Under the pieces are notes generated by a model. The model made no database searches and was not told where the DNA came from. It worked only from the letters and a program-made list of their open reading frames with translations. DNA of 64,000 nucleotides from positions 6,308 to 70,307 of the IMG/VR virus record IMGVR_UViG_3300027763_000047; one strand, 5' to 3'. This document shows positions 18,863 to 27,912 of the stretch, in pieces; position 1 is the stretch's first letter; each line of letters opens with the position of its first letter. Source of the stretch: a virus (Duplodnaviria; Heunggongvirae; Uroviricota; Caudoviricetes). A program made the position numbers and the translations under genes.

Positions 18863-19999
18863 ATGGAGAATGTAGTGGACGAGCTTAAAATACGTGAGGA
18901 CGAGGGCAAGCATTATGTGTACTTTAACGGACCTTTTGGATCATGTGCCTACCAGTCAGATGCATTTGATACCTTAGCCGAAGCAGAGGCCTTTCGTCAA
19001 GAGCAACTGGATTCAGCAGATTACTCCGAAAATAATACGGAAAAGATGTATTGCTATTTGTGGCACGAAAAGACCGACATTGACGAATGTAAGTTTGGTG
19101 AACGTTGGGTCAAAGAAGGCCAAGATCCTAAGAAAGAAGTACTCAAGCGTATTAAAGACTCTGTTGGTGTTCGCAAGGACAAGATCAACGACGGCACCAT
19201 TGAACTGGTAGCTATCTGGGACGTTACCGAATTAGCAAAAGAGGTTGGTCGTTTCAAGATACACGGCCGGGTTGACGACTATATCCGTGAACACGTAGGG
19301 TTTCGTAAAGGTACAACAGGCGAAGTTCACACCCTGTCAGCAGTAGATATGGCTTTTAAAGTCAACGAGTTCCTTAAGAAACAGAATCAGCCGTTGATTG
19401 AAGCAGGATTGAGCCAGAATCAGTATAGTGCCGCAGAGAATGTTCTTGCTGCTATTGCAGACGGCAAACGTACTATTGTTGCTGAATTGTGCGCTCGCTT
19501 TGGTAAGACTATTTGGTCAGGTGTGTTGGCAAAAGAAACTAATCGTCCGTTGACTATTGTTGCGTCCTATGTGCTGACAAGTTTTGCATCTTTTAAGAAA
19601 GACCTGAGCGCCTTTGAACAGTTCCGTGACTTTGAATTAATCGATGCCGGTGAAAACGAATGGGAACTTAAGATTGAACAGGCCATTGGCGAAGGTAAAC
19701 AGGCTGTGGTGTTCTTGTCAATGTGTGCTGGTGGCCGCCGACAAGATAAGATCGATTTTCTATTTGGGCAACCTGTGAACAAGTTAGTGATCATTGACGA
19801 AGCTGACTTTGGTGTTCACCAAATTAAACAGAGCACACCACTGATTGAAGCACGTGGTGACGATGACATTGTGGTGCTTATGACTGGTACAAACGGTGAC
19901 AAAGCCGCAAGCATTTGGCCTGTAGATCACTACCTCAGCGTAACCTACCCAGAATTGCTTATGGAGAAACACGCAGATCGCCTGGTTGACACAGTGTGA
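18863..19999 (+). CDS. SF2 helicase N-terminal (ATP-binding) core with a unique N-terminal domain
   Basis: motif I ELCARFGKT, Ia PLTIVAS, II IIDEADF. Confidence 0.65.
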   Translation: MENVVDELKIREDEGKHYVYFNGPFGSCAYQSDAFDTLAEAEAFRQEQLDSADYSENNTEKMYCYLWHEKTDIDECKFGERWVKEGQDPKKEVLKRIKDSVGVRKDKINDGTIELVAIWDVTELAKEVGRFKIHGRVDDYIREHVGFRKGTTGEVHTLSAVDMAFKVNEFLKKQNQPLIEAGLSQNQYSAAENVLAAIADGKRTIVAELCARFGKTIWSGVLAKETNRPLTIVASYVLTSFASFKKDLSAFEQFRDFELIDAGENEWELKIEQAIGEGKQAVVFLSMCAGGRRQDKIDFLFGQPVNKLVIIDEADFGVHQIKQSTPLIEARGDDDIVVLMTGTNGDKAASIWPVDHYLSVTYPELLMEKHADRLVDTV

Positions 20000-20014
20000 T
20001 TTTGGTGCTATAAT
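19986..20014 (+). promoter_or_regulatory. perfect consensus sigma70 promoter
   Basis: ttgacacagtgtgattttggtgctataat. Confidence 0.7.
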
Positions 20015-20045
20015 ATACACATACACTAAGCAAATAGGAACAATT

Positions 20046-21302
20046 ATGTTGAAACACTTTAAGGTAGATGTTAGTAGGCACCTACTTGTAGTAGATGTAG
20101 AGTTCTATCAAATGAACTTAGCATCTGTGGTTGAGATTGCTCGCACAGCAGAACCTGATGCATTCGTAGAGGATGGAGTGTTCCTGCCAGCGTGGAGTAA
20201 GTTTGCCGCTAATCCTGTAAAGGCCAAGGGATTCTTTACCAATATGCTTCAGGCATTATTTGAAGGCAAAGGCGGCGATGACAGTCTCAACGTAGACTAT
20301 CAAACTGGTCGCAAGGCCAAAGAAGGCATGAAGGTTGCTATGATGTTCCTGCCTGGTAGCACAACTAATGCTAACCTACAAGAGATCAAACCCATCGCTG
20401 AACAAGCCCTGCGTGGTTTCCGTGTTGTATTGGTTAGTGGTGCTGAAGATATCAGCAATGCCACAGCAGAGAAGTCTGTTAAGGAAGAGATTGAGAAAGC
20501 AGAGAAAACAGGACAGCACGTTCTGATTCTATCAGCAGGTATGGCACAGCGTAGCTTCAGTATCCCAGAAATCACTGAACTGTACCTTGCCTACGACACG
20601 GGTGACAATGGTGCTACTATACAAAAGATGAGCCGCACACTTACACCACACAAAGCAGGCAAGATAGGCCGTGTAGTTAGCCTGAGTTTTGATCCTAACC
20701 GTGATGACAAGTTCGATGCCATGATGATCGAAACAGCTCAAAACTACAAAAAGAATCACGGCATCAAAGACCTTAAGCAGGCCCTGCGTGATGTGTTACG
20801 CACAGTAGATATCTTTAAGTGCCAACAAGACGGCGCAGTTAAGATTGAGATTGATGAGTATCTAGAGCAGGCATTGTCACGCAAGAGTATTGATCGAGTG
20901 ATTGGTAAGATTGCTCCTGTGAATGATCTGTCTGCTGACGAAGTTCGTGCCCTTGCTGGCGGCAATGTTGATGTGTTTCGTGCCGCACGTAAGGAAGCGG
21001 CTGCACGTGGCAAGACACGCCTAAATGTTGCCAAGAAAAAGTCTGGTGCTAACAAGACTGATGCCAGCGAGAAAGAGTTGAAGTTGGCACGTGAGATGAT
21101 TGTTACAATTAGTCAGAACATTGACATCATTAGGTTCTACGGCGGTAGCACTATTGAAGAAGCCTTTGCCCTAATGGATGCTGATGGTCAGTCTATACAA
21201 GATGACGTCTCGGAACAGTTTGGAGTCCCTTATACCATGGTTAAAGAGTTAGTGCTCACTAACTTTATTAACCGTGATCTGCTTGATCTCAAGTTTGCTT
21301 GA
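20046..21302 (+). CDS. SF2 helicase C-terminal domain-like protein
   Basis: Start moved to ATG 20046 downstream of the promoter; HVLILSAG...ITELYLAYDTG...QKMSRTLTP resembles helicase motifs IV-VI. Confidence 0.55.
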   Translation: MLKHFKVDVSRHLLVVDVEFYQMNLASVVEIARTAEPDAFVEDGVFLPAWSKFAANPVKAKGFFTNMLQALFEGKGGDDSLNVDYQTGRKAKEGMKVAMMFLPGSTTNANLQEIKPIAEQALRGFRVVLVSGAEDISNATAEKSVKEEIEKAEKTGQHVLILSAGMAQRSFSIPEITELYLAYDTGDNGATIQKMSRTLTPHKAGKIGRVVSLSFDPNRDDKFDAMMIETAQNYKKNHGIKDLKQALRDVLRTVDIFKCQQDGAVKIEIDEYLEQALSRKSIDRVIGKIAPVNDLSADEVRALAGGNVDVFRAARKEAAARGKTRLNVAKKKSGANKTDASEKELKLAREMIVTISQNIDIIRFYGGSTIEEAFALMDADGQSIQDDVSEQFGVPYTMVKELVLTNFINRDLLDLKFA

Positions 21303-21331
21303 GTGTAGTTAAAATACAACAGCCTTAGTGG

Positions 21332-21360
21332 TTGACATGGTACCATTTTGGCAGTATAAT
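21332..21360 (+). promoter_or_regulatory. perfect consensus sigma70 promoter
   Basis: ttgacatggtaccattttggcagtataat; leader nearly identical to the 19986 cassette. Confidence 0.7.
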
Positions 21361-21391
21361 TAACACATACACACAAACAGTTGGAACGATT

Positions 21392-22429
21392 ATGTTAAGC
21401 AGAATGAAGTTTGAGATTGAACCACTGGTTGTAGAAATACTTGATCAGTTGCCCGACTCTGTTTGGTCTAGCAAGACCTCAACATTCTTTGATCCTGCAA
21501 TTGGTGGCGGTCAGTTTGTTCGTGCCATTGAACAACGGCTCCGTAATACCGGTCACAGTGATGCTAATATTCGCAGTCGAGTTTTTGGCTTCGAAGAAAG
21601 CGATTTACATATTCGCTTCGCAGTAAATAAGTACAAGCTCGTAGGCCAGTATATTCGTAAGCCCTACGACAAGTTCTTTGAATTGGACAATAGTATGAAA
21701 TTCGATGTAGTCATAGGCAACCCACCCTTTCAAAAATCAGGAGGTACCGCCAAACGTTGGACTCTGTGGGAACAGTTCCTGCAGAAATGTTTGACCCTAG
21801 ATGCAGGGATTGTAACCCTAGTGGTGCCACAAAGCCTGACTAGCCCAGGAGCAGCATTCGATAGTATTAAATCAAGATGCAGGGTATTAAATCTTGCAGT
21901 TAAGCGACATTTTAAGGTAGGATCAACCTTTTGTTATTTCATTGTTGACCTAACACAAGAAGTAACCGAAACATTGTTGATCACCGAAGATGGACAACGT
22001 ATGCTAGATATCAGAAATCTACCATTTGTTCCGGGCGAGGTGACAGACCAATCATTGGCGTTACTTGATAAACTATTATCTAGACAAAAACGGTCATGGT
22101 GGCGCGGTGAACTACACACAAGCAGACAGGATCTTTTCAGCGACACCGGTGAATATTCGGTAATTCACACTAATGCACAAACATTGAAAACAGATACTAT
22201 TCATTCAAATTTGAATAAGATTCGTGTGGTGGTGACTCTTAGTGGTTACCCCAAGTTTCAGGTGATCACCAATGCGTATGCATCACAGGCCACATTCTGG
22301 TGTGAGTTTGAGAGTATTGGGGCCGCGGAGGAATTTGCAGCAGAATGTAATGGAGATGAAATACAAAATATGCTAAATTTATTCAAATGGTCAGGTTGGA
22401 ATAGTCGTGAGGTAATTAGTTTATTGTAA
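21392..22429 (+). CDS. DNA N6-adenine methyltransferase (gamma-like order of motif I then IV)
   Basis: FFDPAIGGGQF (motif I) and VIGNPPFQ (motif IV). Confidence 0.8.
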   Translation: MLSRMKFEIEPLVVEILDQLPDSVWSSKTSTFFDPAIGGGQFVRAIEQRLRNTGHSDANIRSRVFGFEESDLHIRFAVNKYKLVGQYIRKPYDKFFELDNSMKFDVVIGNPPFQKSGGTAKRWTLWEQFLQKCLTLDAGIVTLVVPQSLTSPGAAFDSIKSRCRVLNLAVKRHFKVGSTFCYFIVDLTQEVTETLLITEDGQRMLDIRNLPFVPGEVTDQSLALLDKLLSRQKRSWWRGELHTSRQDLFSDTGEYSVIHTNAQTLKTDTIHSNLNKIRVVVTLSGYPKFQVITNAYASQATFWCEFESIGAAEEFAAECNGDEIQNMLNLFKWSGWNSREVISLL

Positions 22430-22442
22430 ACAAAAATATTGG

Positions 22443-22471
22443 TTGACAATTAAATCACGATAGTCTATAAT
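22443..22471 (+). promoter_or_regulatory. perfect consensus sigma70 promoter
   Basis: ttgacaattaaatcacgatagtctataat. Confidence 0.7.
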
Positions 22472-22555
22472 AGCTGTAACAATTGGAGCAAATATGTACA
22501 TGGACAGACAAAGAATTGTTTGATCACTTTGGTTTAACAGAAGAGGAGGTAAACC

Positions 22556-23020
22556 TTGTTACAGGATCTATCTAATATAATCGATCACATCCGAAATCGT
22601 ACTTACATGGGCGGAGTAGAGCGTGATAAGTTAAGAGTAAAGTCCACAGGTGAAGTATTCACTCCCACTGAACTGGTGCGTGAGATGCTGGAGCAGATTC
22701 CTATCGAACAATTTACGGATCCTACTAAAACTTTTCTAGATCCCAGTTGCGGAGATGGCCAGTTCTTAGGAGAAGTCCTAATCCGTAAGATGGAAAATGG
22801 TAGTACCTTTGAACAAGCGTTATCTACTACATACGGTGTTGATCTAATGCAAGACAACGTAGACTTATGCCGTAAGCGATTGTTATGCGGCAGAGAAGAT
22901 CTGCGACACATTGTTGAACGCAACATAGTCTGTCACGATGCACTGACCTATGACTATAGCTTTAACGGAACCAACATGAACCAGAATGATCTAACCTGGA
23001 ATCAACTATTTGAAATATGA
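22556..23020 (+). CDS. truncated methyltransferase-like protein (AdoMet-binding N-half only)
   Basis: TTG start with GAGGAGG RBS; motif X EVFTPTELV and motif I FLDPSCGDGQF; no NPPY/F motif. Confidence 0.5.
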   Translation: MLQDLSNIIDHIRNRTYMGGVERDKLRVKSTGEVFTPTELVREMLEQIPIEQFTDPTKTFLDPSCGDGQFLGEVLIRKMENGSTFEQALSTTYGVDLMQDNVDLCRKRLLCGREDLRHIVERNIVCHDALTYDYSFNGTNMNQNDLTWNQLFEI

Positions 23021-23065
23021 AATTTGGTGGTGTAATTGGCAATGCGCGGACTACATCTATATCTC

Positions 23066-23094
23066 TTGACATTCAATTGTTGGTTAGTTAAAAT
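23066..23094 (+). promoter_or_regulatory. sigma70-type promoter
   Basis: ttgacattcaattgttggttagttaaaat. Confidence 0.65.
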
Positions 23095-23119
23095 ATAAGA
23101 ATAACCTAACGGAAATAAA

Positions 23120-23896
23120 ATGAGAGTAAACGTAATTTCGGATTTGCATTTAGAGTTCAGTACGGACTTCACACTACCCGGCGGTGAGGTCTTGATCTTG
23201 GCTGGTGATTTATGCGAGGCCAAGAACTTAAAACATGCCAATTATCAAGATTGGATTTTTGAGAACCTTACCAAGTATCGTGATGTGTTGTATGTCTTGG
23301 GTAACCATGAAAGTTATGGTATGCGGATCGATAGAACAAAGGAACTGGTTGAAGAATACATGCCGGACAATGTTCGCGTGATGGAAAACCAAACACACAT
23401 CATTGATGATGTTGTGTTTGTGGGTGGGACACTCTGGACAGATATGAATAAAGGTGACCCCATGACTTCCCTACGTTGCCGTGAAGGTATGTCGGACTAT
23501 AAACATATCACCATGCACAACCGAGCAAAGGATGTGTATCATAAGCTCACGCCCGAGCATACCACTGTGCTGCATCGTGCCACAAGGGATCACATCATTG
23601 AGACCGCGCAGGCTAATAAGGACCGAAAGGTGGTAATGATCACGCATATGCTACCCAGTATGGCAGCTATCTCGGAACAATATCGAGAAGACTACCATTT
23701 GAATGGTGCATTTGCATCGGACCTGGATTACATCTTTATGGAGAATCCCAACATCAAGGTGGCCGTATTCGGGCATACACATGACTTTAAAGACTTTGTA
23801 GTGGGCGAAACTCGCTTGTTGTGTAATCCGCGTGGGTACGCTGGTTATGAACAACGAGTACAGGAGTTTGATCCAGCCTTTGGATTTGACATTTAA
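23120..23896 (+). CDS. calcineurin-like metallophosphoesterase
   Basis: ISDLHLE, LAGDL, VLGNHE motifs. Confidence 0.75.
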   Translation: MRVNVISDLHLEFSTDFTLPGGEVLILAGDLCEAKNLKHANYQDWIFENLTKYRDVLYVLGNHESYGMRIDRTKELVEEYMPDNVRVMENQTHIIDDVVFVGGTLWTDMNKGDPMTSLRCREGMSDYKHITMHNRAKDVYHKLTPEHTTVLHRATRDHIIETAQANKDRKVVMITHMLPSMAAISEQYREDYHLNGAFASDLDYIFMENPNIKVAVFGHTHDFKDFVVGETRLLCNPRGYAGYEQRVQEFDPAFGFDI

Positions 23897-23943
23897 ATCA
23901 TCTTCGCTTACAATAGTTATAACTTAACAAAACGGATTAAAAA

Positions 23944-24633
23944 ATGAACAAGTATGAAGAAGCCATTCGCCTAGTGGATGCGTGTCGTGTATGCGATCCT
24001 AAAGATCAAGAGCTGTGGGATCAAATTATTAGTTATGATGACAATCCATTTTGTTGGTACACTACAATGTCGCAACATCCAGATTTTAAAAGAGTGACTG
24101 ACGAGGCCACACAAAGATTGGATGTGTTGATGGAACACCTTCGTCAGACTTTTGGTACACCATCCACCAAGCCCTATATTAGAAAGGTAAAGTATAACTC
24201 AGCCGCCAAGAAAAAAGTCGTGTCTCCTGAAACGGTTGAAGCTTGTAGGAAAATCTTAGGAACTCGGAAATCAACCAACCCAGAGCTTGTGGCGGAAATT
24301 GTAGCGGGAATTCGTGGGAATCCACCCAGTGTATCAGATGAAATCTATCCAATTGCTGTGATTAAATTAGTAATGGGTCATTATCGTGTTCCAGAAAGGA
24401 CATATAAGCTGGCAAATTTTGATTGGTTTTATGATACATATGGCCATATTATTATGGCAGCGAGTGCCAATGACGAGGTCACTACTCCAGAAAAAGAAGC
24501 AGAGGAAAATGAACGGATAGACAAAATCCGGGCAAGATATGCTCTTGAACAAGAGTACAGGAAAAGACATGAAGCCGGCGATAAGAACGCTGCGGCAGAT
24601 TGGAGACAGTACATTTCTGAATTCAAAATTTAA
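23944..24633 (+). CDS. hypothetical protein
   Basis: 229-aa ORF. Confidence 0.5.
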   Translation: MNKYEEAIRLVDACRVCDPKDQELWDQIISYDDNPFCWYTTMSQHPDFKRVTDEATQRLDVLMEHLRQTFGTPSTKPYIRKVKYNSAAKKKVVSPETVEACRKILGTRKSTNPELVAEIVAGIRGNPPSVSDEIYPIAVIKLVMGHYRVPERTYKLANFDWFYDTYGHIIMAASANDEVTTPEKEAEENERIDKIRARYALEQEYRKRHEAGDKNAAADWRQYISEFKI

Positions 24634-24639
24634 GGTTAT

Positions 24640-24835
24640 CATGGGACAAGCTATTGTAATTTACGAAAGTCCAGAGTTGTTGGTAACTATTGACAGTGAT
24701 GCGCTTGAAACAAAGACTCAGGAAGAGATTGATGAAATTATTCGTCAAGCTAAAATAGCCGCTGACACTGGTGAAAGTGATTTCTTTGGTGAAGTCACAC
24801 ACGGTGTTAACCCTGAACCTGTGCGTAGGAGTTAA
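24640..24835 (+). CDS. small hypothetical protein
   Basis: ATG after previous stop (MGQAIVIYESPELL...). Confidence 0.45.
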
Positions 24836-24941
24836 ACATGGTGTTTAGGACAATTATGTGGTTTACCGTATACCTATTGTTGTTGGGTACCTGTTCAGTT
24901 CGTGCTGAATATTCAGATGGACTGGTAATTAAATTTAAAGG

Positions 24942-25373
24942 ATGGCTGGTAAAATGAAAATAGGCTTGAGTTATAGTCGTTGTGTTAGAGAGATCATTGA
25001 AGGCAAGGTCGATATCAATGATGTGTTGATTATTATTGCACGGACTAATTTTGATCCACATGATGATGCACAGTGGACAGGCATTTGGCGTGGATACAGT
25101 AATGATGCTTTCTTCAGTTATCCAGAATGGGGCAATTATGAAGATACAGATGAACAAAGATTTAGAGATGTAACCATTGAGTTATATGATTCTGGTCGTT
25201 TACATCAGCCACGCAAGTTTGGAGCACATCCGGTACGCCGTAATGAGGTTTGGCTTGAGGCTGTATTACCCAGTAGTGAACTTGAACGAAATACTGCGGC
25301 CAAAACAGCATGGGATCATTTCCAAACTGTGGCTGGCCTTACCAACGTAACCCTGGATAGGAATTACCGATGA
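24942..25373 (+). CDS. hypothetical protein
   Basis: 143-aa ORF; alternative ATG at 24954. Confidence 0.5.
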   Translation: MAGKMKIGLSYSRCVREIIEGKVDINDVLIIIARTNFDPHDDAQWTGIWRGYSNDAFFSYPEWGNYEDTDEQRFRDVTIELYDSGRLHQPRKFGAHPVRRNEVWLEAVLPSSELERNTAAKTAWDHFQTVAGLTNVTLDRNYR

Positions 25374-25570
25374 AATCAAAATACATTGAGCAGTATAAGG
25401 CGGACTGGGGGCCAGAGTTCGCTGAACTGGCTGGAGTTGAATATCGTCCCGAACATGACGAGATAGCAGCCATGGGTTGTTATACTCTAATGAATTATAT
25501 TGCCTATAACTTTCTCAACGGTGAGTGTAGAGCGGAAATCTTAAAAATGTGTGGAGTTGAAGAATGTTAA
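25370..25570 (+). CDS. small hypothetical protein
   Basis: ATGA coupling. Confidence 0.45.
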   Translation: MKSKYIEQYKADWGPEFAELAGVEYRPEHDEIAAMGCYTLMNYIAYNFLNGECRAEILKMCGVEEC

Positions 25571-25764
25571 AAGATAGAATTGTATTACTAGACGAAGAAA
25601 TTAAAAAACACACGGCCTACTGTGGTATGTTGTACAAGGAATTGGCCATTGTTAATTGGATTGTAGAAGGTCGCACAGAATATGATGCAGCACTAGCACG
25701 ATTGAATACAATGCTGGCAGAACGGCATGTGATTGAAGAGATGATTCGGTTGGGCCATCCATAA
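25564..25764 (+). CDS. small hypothetical protein
   Basis: coupled ORF. Confidence 0.45.
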   Translation: MLKDRIVLLDEEIKKHTAYCGMLYKELAIVNWIVEGRTEYDAALARLNTMLAERHVIEEMIRLGHP

Positions 25765-25766
25765 AA

Positions 25767-25961
25767 ATGTCAAGACTAACTAAGTGGTTGCGCAATTCAG
25801 GAATTAATGTTACACTAATGTTTAATCCTTGCCATTGGCATTGGGTACCAAAAGCATACAAGGACAACACCCAAGAGTGGCCTGATGGCTGGTTACATTC
25901 GTGGCATGCTAGCTGGTTATTTGTACGTATTAATATTTGGATCGATAACGGAGAATGGTAA
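25767..25961 (+). CDS. small hypothetical Trp-rich protein
   Basis: 64-aa ORF. Confidence 0.4.
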   Translation: MSRLTKWLRNSGINVTLMFNPCHWHWVPKAYKDNTQEWPDGWLHSWHASWLFVRINIWIDNGEW

Positions 25962-25962
25962 A

Positions 25963-26664
25963 TTGAAAGTTTATATTGGACCCTACAAAAATTGGTTTGG
26001 CCCCTACCAAATAGCCGAGAAGTTATGTTTCTGGGCTAAGAAAGAAAAGGATGAATATGGCATTATGCGGCATCCTGAGTGGGTTCACAACTTTGGTGAA
26101 TGGTTAGGTGGCAAAGATGACCATGACACTTGGCTAACCAAAGCGTGTCAGTGGATCGGATCGAAACGTAAGCAAACCATCAAGGTAAAGATCGATCGCT
26201 GGGATACCTGGAGCATGGACCATACCCTGTCACATATCGTCCTGCCCATGCTTAAACAGTTGAATGAGTCAAAGCATGGCGCACCTTTCGTTGATGACGA
26301 AGATGTACCCGAAGGTGTCGGTCTCCGCAGTACAGAAGCCGGCCCAAAAGAAAATGAGTATGATACCGATGATAATCACTTCAAACGCTGGGACTGGGTC
26401 ATGGGGGAAATGATCTTTGCCTTTGAATGTAAGGTCGATGATTCCTGGGAAGATGCATTCCGCTCGGGTGATTTCGATACTGTTTGGCTTCCCGTGGACC
26501 GAGAGGGTAATCCTGTCCCCGAGAAAGAAGCTAAACTTTTTCAAATGGCTGATGGTCCCAACCATACATACAAGTGTGACTATGAAGGTATGCGGGTAGT
26601 TGAAACTCGCATCCAGAATGGCTTCCGTTTATTCGGCAAGTACTATCAGGGACTGTGGGATTAA
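25963..26664 (+). CDS. hypothetical protein
   Basis: Proposed TTG start with GGAG 8 nt upstream, directly after previous stop; track ORF extends to 25885 and overlaps the upstream gene. Confidence 0.45.
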   Translation: MKVYIGPYKNWFGPYQIAEKLCFWAKKEKDEYGIMRHPEWVHNFGEWLGGKDDHDTWLTKACQWIGSKRKQTIKVKIDRWDTWSMDHTLSHIVLPMLKQLNESKHGAPFVDDEDVPEGVGLRSTEAGPKENEYDTDDNHFKRWDWVMGEMIFAFECKVDDSWEDAFRSGDFDTVWLPVDREGNPVPEKEAKLFQMADGPNHTYKCDYEGMRVVETRIQNGFRLFGKYYQGLWD

Positions 26665-26903
26665 TGAGCGCCTGGGCAAACATCGTGAATCAATTAAGCA
26701 ATTCAGAAAACAGAATGGGACCAAAACATATTAGTCAGGAACAATATGAAATTTGGAAAAAGGATGCGGTCTTTGACGGTCTTCGTGGATTACGATATGG
26801 CCAGAGTTTTTGTAACAGCTTTGGTATAACAGATAATATTCTGTTCTTTACCCTGAATCATGTAGATGCAGACGAGTATATTAGGCGGCTCTACATTGCA
26901 TGA
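26655..26903 (+). CDS. small hypothetical protein
   Basis: 82-aa ORF. Confidence 0.45.
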   Translation: MGLMSAWANIVNQLSNSENRMGPKHISQEQYEIWKKDAVFDGLRGLRYGQSFCNSFGITDNILFFTLNHVDADEYIRRLYIA

Positions 26904-26934
26904 TCCTGCATTTACACACACAGTTACGGTGTGC

Positions 26935-27147
26935 ATGGCACTTGATGATCAAGACATTCAACACTGGAATGAAATGTGTTCACGTGCGGTGGATCTATTC
27001 GGTTTACCGGGTGATCGTTTTATAACTAATGTTACTGTAGTAGATGACAAATATTCATTCGCTGGTGTTACTGCCATGGAATGGATCTTCCGCGAAGAAC
27101 ATGACGCTATTCTGTTTAAATTAAAATTTGGTGAGGTTTGTGTTTGA
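26935..27147 (+). CDS. dispersed member of the LRWS paralog family
   Basis: H-W-N-E-M-C-S-R-A-V-D-L-F-G core; C-term EHDAILFKLKF. Confidence 0.5.
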   Translation: MALDDQDIQHWNEMCSRAVDLFGLPGDRFITNVTVVDDKYSFAGVTAMEWIFREEHDAILFKLKFGEVCV

Positions 27148-27353
27148 TCATTGACTCAGGCTTCCAGTACGTCAAAACGATTCACAAACCCAAGGGGAGT
27201 CTGGATCGAATAATCGATTGGTGCAAACAGGAGACCCAGGGCGAGTGGCGATGGCAGTTAATTGCTGTTAGCAGCGAACATACCCCGGGCGAGTACATCT
27301 TTTATTTCGATTCCGAACGCGATTACCTTTCATTCCTAATGAAATGGTCTTGA
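27138..27353 (+). CDS. dispersed member of the LRWS paralog family
   Basis: I-D-W-C-K-Q-E core; C-term ERDYLSFLMKWS. Confidence 0.55.
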   Translation: MCLIIDSGFQYVKTIHKPKGSLDRIIDWCKQETQGEWRWQLIAVSSEHTPGEYIFYFDSERDYLSFLMKWS

Positions 27354-27378
27354 CAATTAATTCACCATAAACTATAAT
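27350..27378 (+). promoter_or_regulatory. perfect consensus sigma70 promoter
   Basis: ttgacaattaattcaccataaactataat. Confidence 0.7.
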
Positions 27379-27406
27379 AGTTGTACATTAACAAATGGAG
27401 TGCAGC

Positions 27407-27574
27407 ATGAGTTTTATGCAAGAAGCAGTTCGTGAGTGGGCGTGGATTGTGGGTCAAGATCGAGAAGATCAACAATGGATTCTTTCCGATTATGATACTT
27501 GGGAACGTAATCCACATTACCGTGGCCCGGATCTGGGTCATCCTGAAGATTGCTATTACGGAGATGAAGAATGA
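27407..27574 (+). CDS. small hypothetical protein (55 aa), not in ORF track
   Basis: GGAG RBS 7 nt upstream; stop overlaps next ATG. Confidence 0.5.
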   Translation: MSFMQEAVREWAWIVGQDREDQQWILSDYDTWERNPHYRGPDLGHPEDCYYGDEE

Positions 27575-27912
27575 AAATGAAAAGCTATCGTTATCTTGGT
27601 GATAACATTGAAATTTTAGGTCAACGATTAGATGGTGCTCGTAAAGCACTGGCTAATTCTAAAACTGACTGGGCAAAGGGTTACTGGAATAATGTTATTG
27701 AATGTCTAGTGGCACAATGGCACTTGTTGCCGGTGTTGCATGACTGTGATGCCGTTTTCACGGATAAGCCACGCTGGACTGTTAAGTATGATTTCATTGA
27801 AGGTGATCTTGACGAGCGTGGTGGTTGGATCAGTAATCTTTATCAGCGTGATGTTAACTTCAACTGGAGCTGGGACAATGTTCGTGCTCAGCGATTAGCT
27901 AAATCTCAATAA
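27571..27912 (+). CDS. hypothetical protein
   Basis: ATGA-coupled. Confidence 0.5.
   Translation: MKMKSYRYLGDNIEILGQRLDGARKALANSKTDWAKGYWNNVIECLVAQWHLLPVLHDCDAVFTDKPRWTVKYDFIEGDLDERGGWISNLYQRDVNFNWSWDNVRAQRLAKSQ

Noticed and set aside
19986-20045. In-frame N-terminal extensions of ORFs 19986 and 21332 (MTQCDFGAIIYTYT... / MTWYHFGSIINTYT...)
   Set aside because: The shared peptide is a translation of the duplicated promoter and leader cassette. The real start codons are at 20046 and 21392.
19980-20050. Single helicase gene interrupted by a frameshift
   Set aside because: A perfect consensus promoter and an in-frame ATG with a leader separate the two ORFs, and the same cassette precedes the next gene. 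This favours two genes, although a sequencing indel cannot be excluded without reads.
24367-25157. Minus-strand ORFs 24367-24642, 24429-24626 and 24807-25157
   Set aside because: They overlap better-supported + strand genes in a uniformly + strand block, and have no signals.
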